Below the pieces are notes generated by a model that saw only the letters and a list, made by a program, of their open reading frames with translations, was not told the DNA's origin and did not search any database. From positions 1 through 29,700 of the IMG/VR virus record IMGVR_UViG_3300020042_010077: a DNA stretch of 29,700 nt; one strand, written 5' to 3'. The position numbers were made by a program, and so were the translations under genes. Position 1 is the stretch's first letter; the number at the start of each line of letters is the position of its first letter. Positions 15,767 to 25,966 of the stretch are shown in pieces. This stretch comes from a virus (lineage: Duplodnaviria > Caudoviricetes).

Positions 15767-16528
15767 TTAGTCTGGTAATCCTAATTCTTTCTTCATACTA
15801 AGAATATTTAATGCTTGAAGTAATGGCATCTTAGTAGCTAAGTCTAATTTGGTTGGGTCATTCTGAGCAATCTTCAATAAGAAGATATCCCAACCCCATT
15901 TCTTAAGACTCTTTTGTCTTCCTTCTTCTTTACGTCTTTCACTTCTAGCTATTACTGATTCATTCGGGTCAAACTCTTCTTCTTCATCGCTACCAGATTC
16001 GTCAAATAATCCAGAATAACTCTCAAGTATGTTAGTTCTAAACTCAAGATACTTTGGTATTACACCATATACATCATTAATATTGATATCGTTGAATAAT
16101 GGTGCTCTATGAAATATCCAATCACCATACTTTTCGTATTCATCAACATATAATAAAGACTTCTTCATTTCTTTTTGACGATATAAAATAGCAAGGATAA
16201 CTTGAATGTTCTTTATAAACCCCTGTGTAAACAAATTCTCTAAATCAATAAACTCACCCAATTGTATTTGATTTAAGTCGTTAATTAAATAAAGTAAACC
16301 AGCTGGTGTTGTTATAAATGGTTTTGGAATTGACCTTGGTGGTGTATTAATGAATGATATATCATCGAACATTTGAACATATTCATCATAAGGTAATTCC
16401 TCGATTTCTTCAACACTAATATCGGCTATAACTGAAAGAAGATGGATATTAAATCCACCTTCATTATTTTCAGTATCATAGATTTCTTGATATTGACTTA
16501 CACTTATGTCGTTCCAAGATTTAGGCAT
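15767..16528 (-). CDS. Tail assembly chaperone-like protein
   Basis: PKSWNDISVSQY N-terminus, IQLGEFIDLE, LAILYR and KKWGW motifs; near the tape measure gene. Confidence 0.55.
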   Translation of the reverse strand: MPKSWNDISVSQYQEIYDTENNEGGFNIHLLSVIADISVEEIEELPYDEYVQMFDDISFINTPPRSIPKPFITTPAGLLYLINDLNQIQLGEFIDLENLFTQGFIKNIQVILAILYRQKEMKKSLLYVDEYEKYGDWIFHRAPLFNDININDVYGVIPKYLEFRTNILESYSGLFDESGSDEEEEFDPNESVIARSERRKEEGRQKSLKKWGWDIFLLKIAQNDPTKLDLATKMPLLQALNILSMKKELGLPD

Positions 16529-17075
16529 TACGATTAATAAAGAAGTTTGATAACGTCATTATATATGGGCCAATTATATTCATCTTTAAATGAGCGAATT
16601 TTTCCTTACGTTTAGCAATTGTAGCTTTTGATAAATCATTTGAGATATTACCTTCAGAATCTACTTCACGGAAAATGATACCAGCTACATCAAGTATGTA
16701 GTGTTCTGGACTTTCTTTAATGATTTCTTGAAGTAAGAACATTTCTTTTACTGTAAACTTATATGATAGACCATCTGATTTAGTTTTATAAACCTGTCCA
16801 TCAAGTTCAAATTCGTTGATGAATATCTTTCCAATTTCTGTGAAATCACTTATTTGGATATCACGAATTATTGTTTCAAATAATTCTAATTCAAGTTCTT
16901 CAATCTCATCACGAGTAAAGTTAGATAATACTTGAAGTATTTCTACATATTGGTCCATAGGACTATCATAAGTAGCCTTAAAAATATTAATACAAGCCTC
17001 AAATTCGGTGATATTAATTTCGTCTAATGAAGTCTTAACTTCAATTGATTTGTTGTTTAATTTAATTGTTTTCAT
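16521..17075 (-). CDS. Tail assembly chaperone-like protein, apparent paralog of 15767-16528
   Basis: TSLDEINITEF...EIEELELELF..I aligns by eye with KSWNDISVSQY...EIEELPYDEY..M. Confidence 0.5.
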   Translation of the reverse strand: MKTIKLNNKSIEVKTSLDEINITEFEACINIFKATYDSPMDQYVEILQVLSNFTRDEIEELELELFETIIRDIQISDFTEIGKIFINEFELDGQVYKTKSDGLSYKFTVKEMFLLQEIIKESPEHYILDVAGIIFREVDSEGNISNDLSKATIAKRKEKFAHLKMNIIGPYIMTLSNFFINRNA

Positions 17076-17079
17076 ATTC

Positions 17080-17108
17080 TTAAATTACACTAATAAGGTG
17101 AAATGTAA
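17080..17108 (-). promoter_or_regulatory. Putative late promoter TTAC-N17-TAATTTAA
   Basis: Variant motif match. Confidence 0.5.
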
Positions 17109-17111
17109 AGA

Positions 17112-19163
17112 TTATAATTCAGAACTTGTCTTATAATTATTTACTTTCTTTTGAGATGCTGTGATATCAGACTCAAGAACAACTGCTCTAATTTCACTTG
17201 GACCAGTAGCACTAGCATTATTTGCTTTACCAGCTGTTCCAAATAAACTAAAATCATTTAACTTAGCTGGTGGTACATTTGGTACCGCTGCTGCCGCAAT
17301 TCCAGCTGGTGCACTTGGTGCTCCACCACCACTACCACCACCAGATTCACCACCTGTAAACTTTGTACTAGCAATTTTAGCTACGTTAGCCACACCAGCA
17401 AGTACTACTGCTGCAAGAGAAGCAATACCAAGTGGGTTAGGAGCTGGACCAATAGCAAGAGGTGCACTAGCAAGTGACGATGTAATACCTTTAGCCGCAT
17501 CAATAACAGCACCAGTAATAGCAAGAGCCTTACTAATATTAAATTGTTTCTTAGCCGCAGCTAATTCTTCAGCACTACCCTTTTTAAGGTTTGCTCGCTT
17601 ATTATTGAAATAAACATCAGATAATGCTGATAAACTTGAAGTAAGACTACTACCAATATTTAAGGCATCTTGCGTTTCTTGTTGTTTAAGTGCTTTAGCT
17701 TTAGCTGCTTCATCAGTTTTAATAGCAATAACATCATTTGAATATTTTTGCTGAATTAATAACCTTTCATTAGCTGTAAGTGTTGCATCTTGTAATTCAA
17801 TATCTCTATTAACTGTAAGTAAATCAATCTTAGCTTGAAGGTCTAAAGCATTCTTTTCAACTGCTAATTCAGCCTTAGCTATTTCATCTTGATTCTTTAA
17901 TTCAAGTTCAGCAGCATCAAATGCTTTCTTTTCTTCAATAGCTTTTGTTTCAGCAGCTTTTTTATCAGCAGTAGCCTTATCGTTGATAGCTTTTAATGAA
18001 GCTTGAAAAGTTAATTCTTGTTCAAGTAACGCTTGATTTTTAATTTCATTACTAGCCTTAGATACTTCAATTGCTTTGACAGCTCTTTCATTATCAAGCA
18101 CAGCTTTAGCGAATGCACGTTCTTCTTCATTCTTAATTAAAGCAATCTCTTGGTCTTCAATTTGTTTAATAAGGGTTGCATTAGCGGCAGCTCTATCTTC
18201 AGCTGCTTTCTTTGCATCGGCAGCTGCTTTCTCATTACGTTTCTTTTGTTCTTCATCAGCTTTCTTTTTATCGTCAGCTGTTTTCTTTTCTTGTGCAAGT
18301 ATTGTTTCTTGAGTAACTAAATTAGATTCACGAATAGCTTTTTGAAGCTCTTCATATTCTTTCTTTTGGTCATCACTAAATTTACCATTAAGTTCTTTTA
18401 ATTTATTAAGACCATCAATTTGTTGATTGATAGTTTCTCTTAATGCTTCTTGTTTCTTTAATTCGATATCTTCAACATCTTTACCAGCAGCTTTAGCTAG
18501 TCTCTTCTCAGCATCATATCGTTCTTCAGTTGCAGCTTGTGCTTTTTTACCAGCAGCAATTTGTTTTTCAGCAGCTTCTTCAGCAGCGAAACTCGTAAGA
18601 CCAATCGCATCACTCAAATCCTTAAAGAATTGAACAACAGCACCAATAATAGCTCCAAGAGCTTCAAATGCTTCTCCAATAATCTTTACTTTATCTTTAA
18701 GTGCATATAATGTAACTCCAATAGCAATAATAATAGCTGCAATTAAGAAGATTGGGTTAGCTAAGATAGCTTTACCTAAGTTAACTAATACGCTTGTAAA
18801 TCCTTTAACACCTTCAATAATATCCTTGAATGAAATTGATTTGAATTGAGTAGCAATACGGCCAATAGATTCATTAGCACCCTTGAAATCAAGTCCACCT
18901 AGTTTATCACCAAGAATACCTAATTCACCACCAAATTTTTCAAATCCAGTTCCTTTTTTTGATTTGATTGCATCATTAACATCATCAAGACGGTCCTTAA
19001 GGTCGGCAGCAGCTTGAGATACACGTTCAAATTCTTCAGTTCCTTCACCAAATTCTGAGGCAGCATCTTTCAAATCCTTAAGACTATTTTTAATTTCTTT
19101 AAGATTTCCAGCTGCACCAGCTGTGTTTACTAGGATGTCAATCGTGACTTTCTTATCTGCCAT
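17112..19163 (-). CDS. Tail tape measure protein
   Basis: 683 aa, Ala/Lys/Glu-rich coiled coil, ANPIFLIAAIIIAIG hydrophobic segment, C-terminal RAVVLESDITASQ. Confidence 0.88.
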   Translation of the reverse strand: MADKKVTIDILVNTAGAAGNLKEIKNSLKDLKDAASEFGEGTEEFERVSQAAADLKDRLDDVNDAIKSKKGTGFEKFGGELGILGDKLGGLDFKGANESIGRIATQFKSISFKDIIEGVKGFTSVLVNLGKAILANPIFLIAAIIIAIGVTLYALKDKVKIIGEAFEALGAIIGAVVQFFKDLSDAIGLTSFAAEEAAEKQIAAGKKAQAATEERYDAEKRLAKAAGKDVEDIELKKQEALRETINQQIDGLNKLKELNGKFSDDQKKEYEELQKAIRESNLVTQETILAQEKKTADDKKKADEEQKKRNEKAAADAKKAAEDRAAANATLIKQIEDQEIALIKNEEERAFAKAVLDNERAVKAIEVSKASNEIKNQALLEQELTFQASLKAINDKATADKKAAETKAIEEKKAFDAAELELKNQDEIAKAELAVEKNALDLQAKIDLLTVNRDIELQDATLTANERLLIQQKYSNDVIAIKTDEAAKAKALKQQETQDALNIGSSLTSSLSALSDVYFNNKRANLKKGSAEELAAAKKQFNISKALAITGAVIDAAKGITSSLASAPLAIGPAPNPLGIASLAAVVLAGVANVAKIASTKFTGGESGGGSGGGAPSAPAGIAAAAVPNVPPAKLNDFSLFGTAGKANNASATGPSEIRAVVLESDITASQKKVNNYKTSSEL

Positions 19164-19175
19164 ATATATTAATTA

Positions 19176-20663
19176 TTAAAATGCGTAATCTAATGCTATT
19201 CTTCCCCAACCAGTTGCTGTTTTAACGTAATAATATGAGTTATCCCAAGTTATTGAACCTGTCTCACCAACTGTTGATGCTGAAGTTGTTGGAACAACAG
19301 CTGATTTTTTGATTACTAAATCACCAACATAAGTTGTATTTGATGCAGTTGCTGTAATACCTGTACCACCAATAATTACGGTATTAGTGACACCAGAATT
19401 AATATTACTATCATTAGAACCTATGATAATAGCTCGTTTATCACTATTTCCAGAATTAATTGTAATTGATGTATTATCACCGATAGTTATTTCACTTGAT
19501 AATGCATCAGTTGTTAAACCAATACCTAAATATCCATCTTTAGCATAAAATGTAGCAGCAGCTTTACCAGCATATTCACTAAGATGTAAACCATTTCCAG
19601 TTGCATATGTGTTTCTTTGAATAAGAATACTACTATTATCAAAACTAATTGTAGAATTTTGAGCTTCTAAAATTGTACCAGTATCAGAATAAGAATAAAT
19701 TGAGCCAGCATAAGAATTTAATTCAACATCACCACCAAAAAATCCACCAAGTTTTAACACAGCTGAACCTAATATACCCCCATCATTTGAAATAGCAACA
19801 ATATTTGAAGTACCACCATAATCTAAATCAATTTGACCACCACCATTTGATGTCTTAATCGCTTTACCAGCTTGAATATTTAAGTCTGGTACATATACTG
19901 TATTATTAGTTGTTGCAGTTATATCTGTACCACCAATTACAACCGTATTACTTATACCAGATAATACAACTGAATTACTTGAATTAATTAAAACACCAGC
20001 ACGTCCTAAATCTAATTGATTGCTATATACATTTGTATTAGCATTTTGACCAATATATATTCCACTAATGTATTGAGATGAACCACCAGTATTTCTTGTT
20101 ACACCAATATCAATCTTACCATCATATACATTTATATATGCTGTTTCTAAATTTGTTGGTTTTCTTGATAATATTGTTGTACCAGTATAATAGTTAAAGT
20201 CAGTACCTTCAATAATATCATTACCCATATATAATCCATTTGTAAATGCACCAGAATCAGAACTTAACATTAGAAGATTAGCATAACCACCATAATCTAA
20301 TGATAATTCACCACCACCATTACTTGTAGTAAATGTAGTACCAGTATTCATATTAAAATTTGCGAATATATTAATTGGGCTACAACCACTAATCGCTGAT
20401 GTTTGAATACCTGTACTACAGAAATCATATGGTGTACTACCACTTGCTGATAATTGAAGTTCTTTTACATCAGAACCAATACGAATAAAAGCCCTTCCTC
20501 TATCCTCATCAACTCCAATCTCGCTTAATGCAAGGTCATAAATTGTCCAACTTCCATCAGTAAAATCTTCAGTTGATGGAACGCTGAATGTTGTTGAACC
20601 AGTTAATCCACTAATTGATAACGTGTGGTGGCTTATTCTGCTATATTGTGTAATTAATGACAT
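19176..20663 (-). CDS. Tail fibre/spike-like protein with internal duplication
   Basis: Two copies of TSNGGG.L.LDYGG ... NTV.IGGT.ITAT..NT.YV.DL.I; C-terminal GSITWDNSYYYVKT..GWGR. Confidence 0.7.
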   Translation of the reverse strand: MSLITQYSRISHHTLSISGLTGSTTFSVPSTEDFTDGSWTIYDLALSEIGVDEDRGRAFIRIGSDVKELQLSASGSTPYDFCSTGIQTSAISGCSPINIFANFNMNTGTTFTTSNGGGELSLDYGGYANLLMLSSDSGAFTNGLYMGNDIIEGTDFNYYTGTTILSRKPTNLETAYINVYDGKIDIGVTRNTGGSSQYISGIYIGQNANTNVYSNQLDLGRAGVLINSSNSVVLSGISNTVVIGGTDITATTNNTVYVPDLNIQAGKAIKTSNGGGQIDLDYGGTSNIVAISNDGGILGSAVLKLGGFFGGDVELNSYAGSIYSYSDTGTILEAQNSTISFDNSSILIQRNTYATGNGLHLSEYAGKAAATFYAKDGYLGIGLTTDALSSEITIGDNTSITINSGNSDKRAIIIGSNDSNINSGVTNTVIIGGTGITATASNTTYVGDLVIKKSAVVPTTSASTVGETGSITWDNSYYYVKTATGWGRIALDYAF

Positions 20664-20678
20664 ATCTTTTTGTTTATA

Positions 20679-20706
20679 TTAAATTATTAGTTGATGACTC
20701 CTGTTT
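20679..20706 (-). promoter_or_regulatory. Putative late promoter AAAC-N16-TAATTTAA
   Basis: Motif match. Confidence 0.65.
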
Positions 20707-23484
20707 TTAGATAATGATATCTCGACCACCATCAACCTTAGATTCTAATGATTGACTTCCAAGTGTTCTTACTTCATTTCTTGACCCACTTAAGTAGTTA
20801 ATTGTCTTAGTTGTACTAAATGGATTTAGAATTTCGTTCCTTCCAGCTTGAATAAAGTTTACATATTGTACTATTGGAGCACCAAATACAACTGTATTAG
20901 ATGTTCTAATGGTTGTACCAGATAAACCGAATGAGAAGATATTATTACCTTGAATAGTATTATTATCACCCATAATGAAGTTTTGACTACCACTAATATC
21001 ATTACCCTTACCTACAACAATTGAGTTATATGTTCCATTTTGGATGATATTATCATAACCAAGTACTTCAACATAACCAGAATTTCCACCAAAATCGTTA
21101 TTCTCGAAACGACCATTCATAGTGACTTCATTCTTAATCCAATTATACTTAGTACCTGGATTCTTGATTGGATTATTATATTTATAAAGTGGGAAGCCTG
21201 TAAATCTAATACCCTCATCAACACTAATAAGCTCGACACTTGTTAATCCTTGTTTACTGTTTGAATTATAATCAGTTATCTTATTAAGGAACCAATATGT
21301 ATCGTGTATGAAAATCTTATCACGGAAATTTAAGTTGATAATGTCTGATTCTTTAAGTTTAAACTTAGCAGTCATTAATTTACCTGTCTCAATCTGATTA
21401 ATGAAACGTTTCCAATATGTATTATAAAGGTTATTTTCAGTTACATTATCCCAATTATCATAATATAAGAAATCAACTAATCCATAATTAAAATCAAAAC
21501 TTGGTGTAATCGGATTATCCATATGACCAGCATATGGGTAAGTTGTAAAGGTTGTAGTTGATGTGACAGCTGTAGTTGAACGATAAGTCCAAGTACTTCC
21601 AGTTAACTGGTTATTAGGTAACCAATCAGCATCATAAAGAATACGAATATTATTCTTTGGTAATCCAGAATTAATCGTTGGTACAATAATACCAAAACCA
21701 TTTGTTTCAAGAGGTGTTGGACTGAAAATAGTTTCAATCATCTTAACATCTCTTACAAATTCATTCTCAAATGTATAGTCTTGTTGACCATATACTTCAC
21801 CTGTAGCTAATTGATAAGTTGTATTATAGACATCTTTATCAGCCTTATATGAAAGTCTAATCTTTTTATTTTGAAGGTCTGGAAGATATTGAATCTTAGC
21901 ATCAGCATCACTAACAAATTTCTCAGTCCAATCAAGTGTACCACCATTATTATAAAACTCATCACGAGTCTCAATAATAAGATTTTTATCACGATTTTTA
22001 TCTGGTGTAATATAAAGATTAAACATCTTAACAATACCAGATAAGAAATCTTTTTGTTTTATTTTCTTAGGGATATAATCAGAAAGAACAATTTCCATTC
22101 CCTCGCCAAGTTCAGCTTTTGGAATTGATTGGAAATAATTATTACCAAAATCGGTTGGAATAGTACCGATAGAAACTGAAATTCTTGGTGTCTTACTTGC
22201 ATCGTCTATAATAAAATCATTAGATGTTTCATATAAATCACCACCAACAACGATAAAATCGCCATTTACTTTATTAAATAATTGTGTTCCAGGACTAACA
22301 TTAGTAGTATATATGAATTCTGGACTTGCATTTATATAATATGAAGTATAACCAGAGTTAAAATAAACACGTCCAGGATTAACAAAATAACTTGAGTTAA
22401 AAAATGGAATATCAGCTACGATAACATCGTAAATATTATTAGTAATATTACTAGATGCAGTACCAATAGTATTATTTAATTTTAACCTAACATATGCGTG
22501 GTCACCTTGATAAATACTATTCCAATAATCATCAATATAATTTTGTTGTAAATAAAAAGCTACTGGTGAATATATTTGGATTTCATATCTATATGCAGCT
22601 TTAACTGATACAGAACCATAATAAGTTGATGTCCATTTACCAGTATTTTTATTATATGAATTACCAGCATTATTATTTGGTGGTGTTACATCATTATCGA
22701 AAATAACAATATCACTAAAACTTGAATTATAATATATATTATTTGGAACTGATTGATGTACCGTTGTAGCCGAAAAACCAGCTCTAAAACTTAATAAATC
22801 AAGATTAGGAAGCGGTTTATCACCATTATAAGGAATAATAAGCTTATCAAATTTAGTATCAGTCATTCCAGACCATTCATACGTATAACCATTATCAAAG
22901 AAAATCTTATCAAGGTATGTCTTAGCGAAAATACTTGGTGTAAAGTCTGATAAATTGTATTCAGACTTCATATTCCACATCATATGGTATTTATAAACGT
23001 CTTCCCAAGTATTACCTTGAGTTGCTGTAATACTTGATAGTGTGTAGATGTGGTTATATTGTTCCCATCCAGTTAAATCTTCAAGGAATTTATCACCAAG
23101 GTTCAAATAGAAATCACCAGTATCATCACGAAGAGCTACATCATAAGTAATTTCTTCATCTGGATTCTCTTGAGATGGACTTACTTTATTTACACTTAAT
23201 AATTGAAGGAATCCATTAAAAACTGGAATACCATTCTGTAATAATATACATTTCTCACGAAGATTCTGATTGAATGTCGTGTCAGTAATATTTACATCAT
23301 AAAGACTACCTAATAAATTGTTATTATTGGCTGTTCCTGGAACTTTAATCGTCTTAGAGTATCCACCTTGTCTCTTACTAATGTCTTGAATCTCACCAAC
23401 CGCAAAGTTAAGTGGTACCGCAACATCATCAGTTATATCTAAATATCCTTTAGAACCTAATTGTATTTGTGTTATGAATGCCAT
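20707..23484 (-). CDS. Large tail tip/baseplate hub protein
   Basis: 925 aa; SKTIKVPGT..NN, KQKDFL..I.KMFNLY, IETRDEFY and LNKITDY motifs; short N/G-rich beta repeats at the C-terminus. Confidence 0.7.
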   Translation of the reverse strand: MAFITQIQLGSKGYLDITDDVAVPLNFAVGEIQDISKRQGGYSKTIKVPGTANNNNLLGSLYDVNITDTTFNQNLREKCILLQNGIPVFNGFLQLLSVNKVSPSQENPDEEITYDVALRDDTGDFYLNLGDKFLEDLTGWEQYNHIYTLSSITATQGNTWEDVYKYHMMWNMKSEYNLSDFTPSIFAKTYLDKIFFDNGYTYEWSGMTDTKFDKLIIPYNGDKPLPNLDLLSFRAGFSATTVHQSVPNNIYYNSSFSDIVIFDNDVTPPNNNAGNSYNKNTGKWTSTYYGSVSVKAAYRYEIQIYSPVAFYLQQNYIDDYWNSIYQGDHAYVRLKLNNTIGTASSNITNNIYDVIVADIPFFNSSYFVNPGRVYFNSGYTSYYINASPEFIYTTNVSPGTQLFNKVNGDFIVVGGDLYETSNDFIIDDASKTPRISVSIGTIPTDFGNNYFQSIPKAELGEGMEIVLSDYIPKKIKQKDFLSGIVKMFNLYITPDKNRDKNLIIETRDEFYNNGGTLDWTEKFVSDADAKIQYLPDLQNKKIRLSYKADKDVYNTTYQLATGEVYGQQDYTFENEFVRDVKMIETIFSPTPLETNGFGIIVPTINSGLPKNNIRILYDADWLPNNQLTGSTWTYRSTTAVTSTTTFTTYPYAGHMDNPITPSFDFNYGLVDFLYYDNWDNVTENNLYNTYWKRFINQIETGKLMTAKFKLKESDIINLNFRDKIFIHDTYWFLNKITDYNSNSKQGLTSVELISVDEGIRFTGFPLYKYNNPIKNPGTKYNWIKNEVTMNGRFENNDFGGNSGYVEVLGYDNIIQNGTYNSIVVGKGNDISGSQNFIMGDNNTIQGNNIFSFGLSGTTIRTSNTVVFGAPIVQYVNFIQAGRNEILNPFSTTKTINYLSGSRNEVRTLGSQSLESKVDGGRDIII

Positions 23485-23486
23485 TA

Positions 23487-25211
23487 TTAAAAGTTTTGAA
23501 TTCTATCGTTGTTCGCCATTTCAAGTGTAAGCTTGATTTGGATATTCTTCTTATTATTTTTAGTCTTAATATCGTATGAATTAGTTTTAATAATTACTGG
23601 CCATAATTTACCATATTCTTTTATAAATACTACAGGACTTGTATATAACTCTTGCATATAATCGGCCTCAGATTGTGTAAGCCAATTACTATTCAATTCT
23701 AATTGAGTCTTAACAGTAGTGTTTAATACTTGTCTTCCTCTATCGGTTGAGTTGAATCCCCATTTACCACCACTAAGTTGTCCTAAGAATGTTTGATATT
23801 CATTACGGTCAATATTAATTGATTTAGCTGATTGTAATTCGAAGTTAACTGGAATAAATGAACCAAGTCTATCAATAAAGATTAACTCAATATTACCATA
23901 TCTTGTTGTATTATAATCAACATTAATACGAAGTGTTTCAGATGTAGCACTTGTAGTACCAGATTGTAAAGTAGTTATATCATAGTATTCAGTCTTTTGG
24001 AAAACTTCACCACTTACAATTGATGTATTAGTAAAAGCTGTATAATCATACGCAAGTGTAATACTATTCGCAGCACTTGTACCTTGGATAAGAGCTTGTG
24101 TTAATACACCATTAACATAAAAATCAACTTGTTCATCATTAAAATTATTATACCAAGGTGATTCAACTAACGATAAATTAGTAAGTATTGTTGTTGCTGG
24201 CACTCCAGGACCACTCGTAGCATAATCATAAGTCCAACAAGTATTCTTAAATACTGGCCAAGTACCAATATCATTACCCCAATATACGGAACCAGCTGGA
24301 TTAACATCACTCTCAACGGCTGTTATATTAGCTGGGCCAATTGCAATTGTTTGTACTGTTGATGTACCTGTATTAACTGTAAAGTATTGACCGTATCTTG
24401 TATCTAATTGAAATAAACGTACATCAATTGATGGGTTAATTGAATAAAAATTCAACCACATTTCGTTTTCAGTTTTAACTCTATACCCATCTGGGAGATT
24501 AGTTAAGAATTGAGCTGTTCCACCTGTAGCTAAATTAAACGTTGAACTTGTATATGTCATTAATTCTTGATGAGAAACAACACCGTTAAAAGCTGTATAG
24601 CCAGTTTCACTATTAAGACCACTATAAAGTGTTTTACGTCTATCTGAATATACAATTGTACCACCATTAACTGGTGTTGATACACTATGTATTAAATCGA
24701 CTATAATTGATGTTGGACCAGCACTAAGTACTGTAAAAATACCATTATATATTGATGATGTATAACCACTAGTTTGTTCAACTAAGACTAAATCACCAGC
24801 AACAAATACTTGACCACTTGCCATACCAATAAACTCAGTATAGCCGATATATGGTGCGGTTCCATAATAACTATTATCAGTAAAAGTCCAAAATTTAACA
24901 TATTCTTCACCAAATTGTACATTATAATCAATAAAACTACCAGTACTACCAGTAATTACATTCATATCTTGATTGAAATAATAACCTACTTGAGATGTAA
25001 GTAATTGATTGATATCACCAACACCAAATCCATCAACAGGACGTGGAAATAGTTTATATCTAGCTAATTTATTTGATTGAGTTGTGCCAGAGTATATATC
25101 AATAATATACTTGAATCCATCTTCATTCTTATTTGTTGAATCAACATAAAAGAACATAGGATTATATACTGGACTAAATTTATCTGGTCTTCCGACTATA
25201 GTTAATGACAT
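23487..25211 (-). CDS. Minor tail (distal-tail-like) structural protein
   Basis: 574 aa; FIDRLG, LNSNWL and ELYTSP.V motifs; adjacent to the hub gene. Confidence 0.6.
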   Translation of the reverse strand: MSLTIVGRPDKFSPVYNPMFFYVDSTNKNEDGFKYIIDIYSGTTQSNKLARYKLFPRPVDGFGVGDINQLLTSQVGYYFNQDMNVITGSTGSFIDYNVQFGEEYVKFWTFTDNSYYGTAPYIGYTEFIGMASGQVFVAGDLVLVEQTSGYTSSIYNGIFTVLSAGPTSIIVDLIHSVSTPVNGGTIVYSDRRKTLYSGLNSETGYTAFNGVVSHQELMTYTSSTFNLATGGTAQFLTNLPDGYRVKTENEMWLNFYSINPSIDVRLFQLDTRYGQYFTVNTGTSTVQTIAIGPANITAVESDVNPAGSVYWGNDIGTWPVFKNTCWTYDYATSGPGVPATTILTNLSLVESPWYNNFNDEQVDFYVNGVLTQALIQGTSAANSITLAYDYTAFTNTSIVSGEVFQKTEYYDITTLQSGTTSATSETLRINVDYNTTRYGNIELIFIDRLGSFIPVNFELQSAKSINIDRNEYQTFLGQLSGGKWGFNSTDRGRQVLNTTVKTQLELNSNWLTQSEADYMQELYTSPVVFIKEYGKLWPVIIKTNSYDIKTKNNKKNIQIKLTLEMANNDRIQNF

Positions 25212-25227
25212 ATTTTTCGCTTTAATA

Positions 25228-25256
25228 TTAAATTATTGCGTTTATATGTTTGGTTC
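25228..25256 (-). promoter_or_regulatory. Putative late promoter GAAC-N17-TAATTTAA
   Basis: GAACCAAAC-N12-TAATTTAATAT, the same layout as 2349-2377. Confidence 0.7.
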
Positions 25257-25559
25257 TTAAATATCTAAATCACCAAGTAATTGATTAACCGTAATATCTG
25301 CTATTCTTTCTTGAATTCGTTGGAAATCCATAGTCTTGAATGCATTCTCACTTATCTTATACTTATCATCAAGGATAGCGAAGTAATCAACTGACTCCAT
25401 TTGAAAGTTAATACCAGATGGAACCTTCTTACCAACAAATCTTATAGAATTAAGCATCTTACCAGTTGAGATTAGCTTTTGTTTTCTAATTTCATCTTGG
25501 ATAAGTCTAGTTAAATCGTCACAGATTTGTTTTATTTCGGTATCTATATTAATGGCCAT
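25257..25559 (-). CDS. Putative neck/tail-completion protein (HK97 gp10-like)
   Basis: LISTGKMLNSI resembles the TG.L..SI motif; 100 aa. Confidence 0.5.
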   Translation of the reverse strand: MAINIDTEIKQICDDLTRLIQDEIRKQKLISTGKMLNSIRFVGKKVPSGINFQMESVDYFAILDDKYKISENAFKTMDFQRIQERIADITVNQLLGDLDI

Positions 25560-25572
25560 TAGCTAAATTGAT

Positions 25573-25782
25573 TTAGATTAGGTTGTTATCGTCTAACTTT
25601 TCTTTTGGTATAACTACAGTTAATTCAAAGTTATTAACTATCTCAGCTATTCCTTGATGACGTGCTTTATTACGAGCTTTCGTTTTAGATGCTTCATTAG
25701 ATGGATTATATGTATAACACTTTCCAGTATTACCCCATTTGAATCCAGGTTTCGTATTGATTGAACAGTTTTGTATTGGCAT
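25573..25782 (-). CDS. Small basic hypothetical protein, 69 aa
   Basis: Likely start MPIQNCSINTKPGFKWGNTGKCYTY at 25782, 4 nt after the upstream stop; the track's GTG extension overlaps the upstream ORF. Confidence 0.75.
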   Translation of the reverse strand: MPIQNCSINTKPGFKWGNTGKCYTYNPSNEASKTKARNKARHQGIAEIVNNFELTVVIPKEKLDDNNLI

Positions 25783-25786
25783 AATA

Positions 25787-25957
25787 TTAAAAATTAGGTT
25801 GATAGTCTTCTTCAACCACACGTGATTCTGTTATAAGTGGTACATTTATTTCAGTACCATCTAAGTTTAAGTATCTTGTACAGATACCATATTCATTTAT
25901 TTCTTGAAGTGCTTGTTGTTTCAACCCTAAGGTGAATTCTATTAAATTATATTTCAT
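25787..25957 (-). CDS. 56-aa hypothetical protein (missed by the ORF track), possible fibre accessory
   Basis: MKYNLIEFTLGLKQQALQEINEYGICTRYLNLDGTEINVPLITESRVVEEDYQPNF fills the gap between neighbouring genes. Confidence 0.7.
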   Translation of the reverse strand: MKYNLIEFTLGLKQQALQEINEYGICTRYLNLDGTEINVPLITESRVVEEDYQPNF

Positions 25958-25966
25958 ATTAAACTT

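Noticed and set aside
16521-16620. Programmed -1 frameshift between the chaperone-like genes
   Set aside because: No clear XXXYYYZ slippery heptamer near the end of 16521-17075, and the downstream gene has its own ATG.
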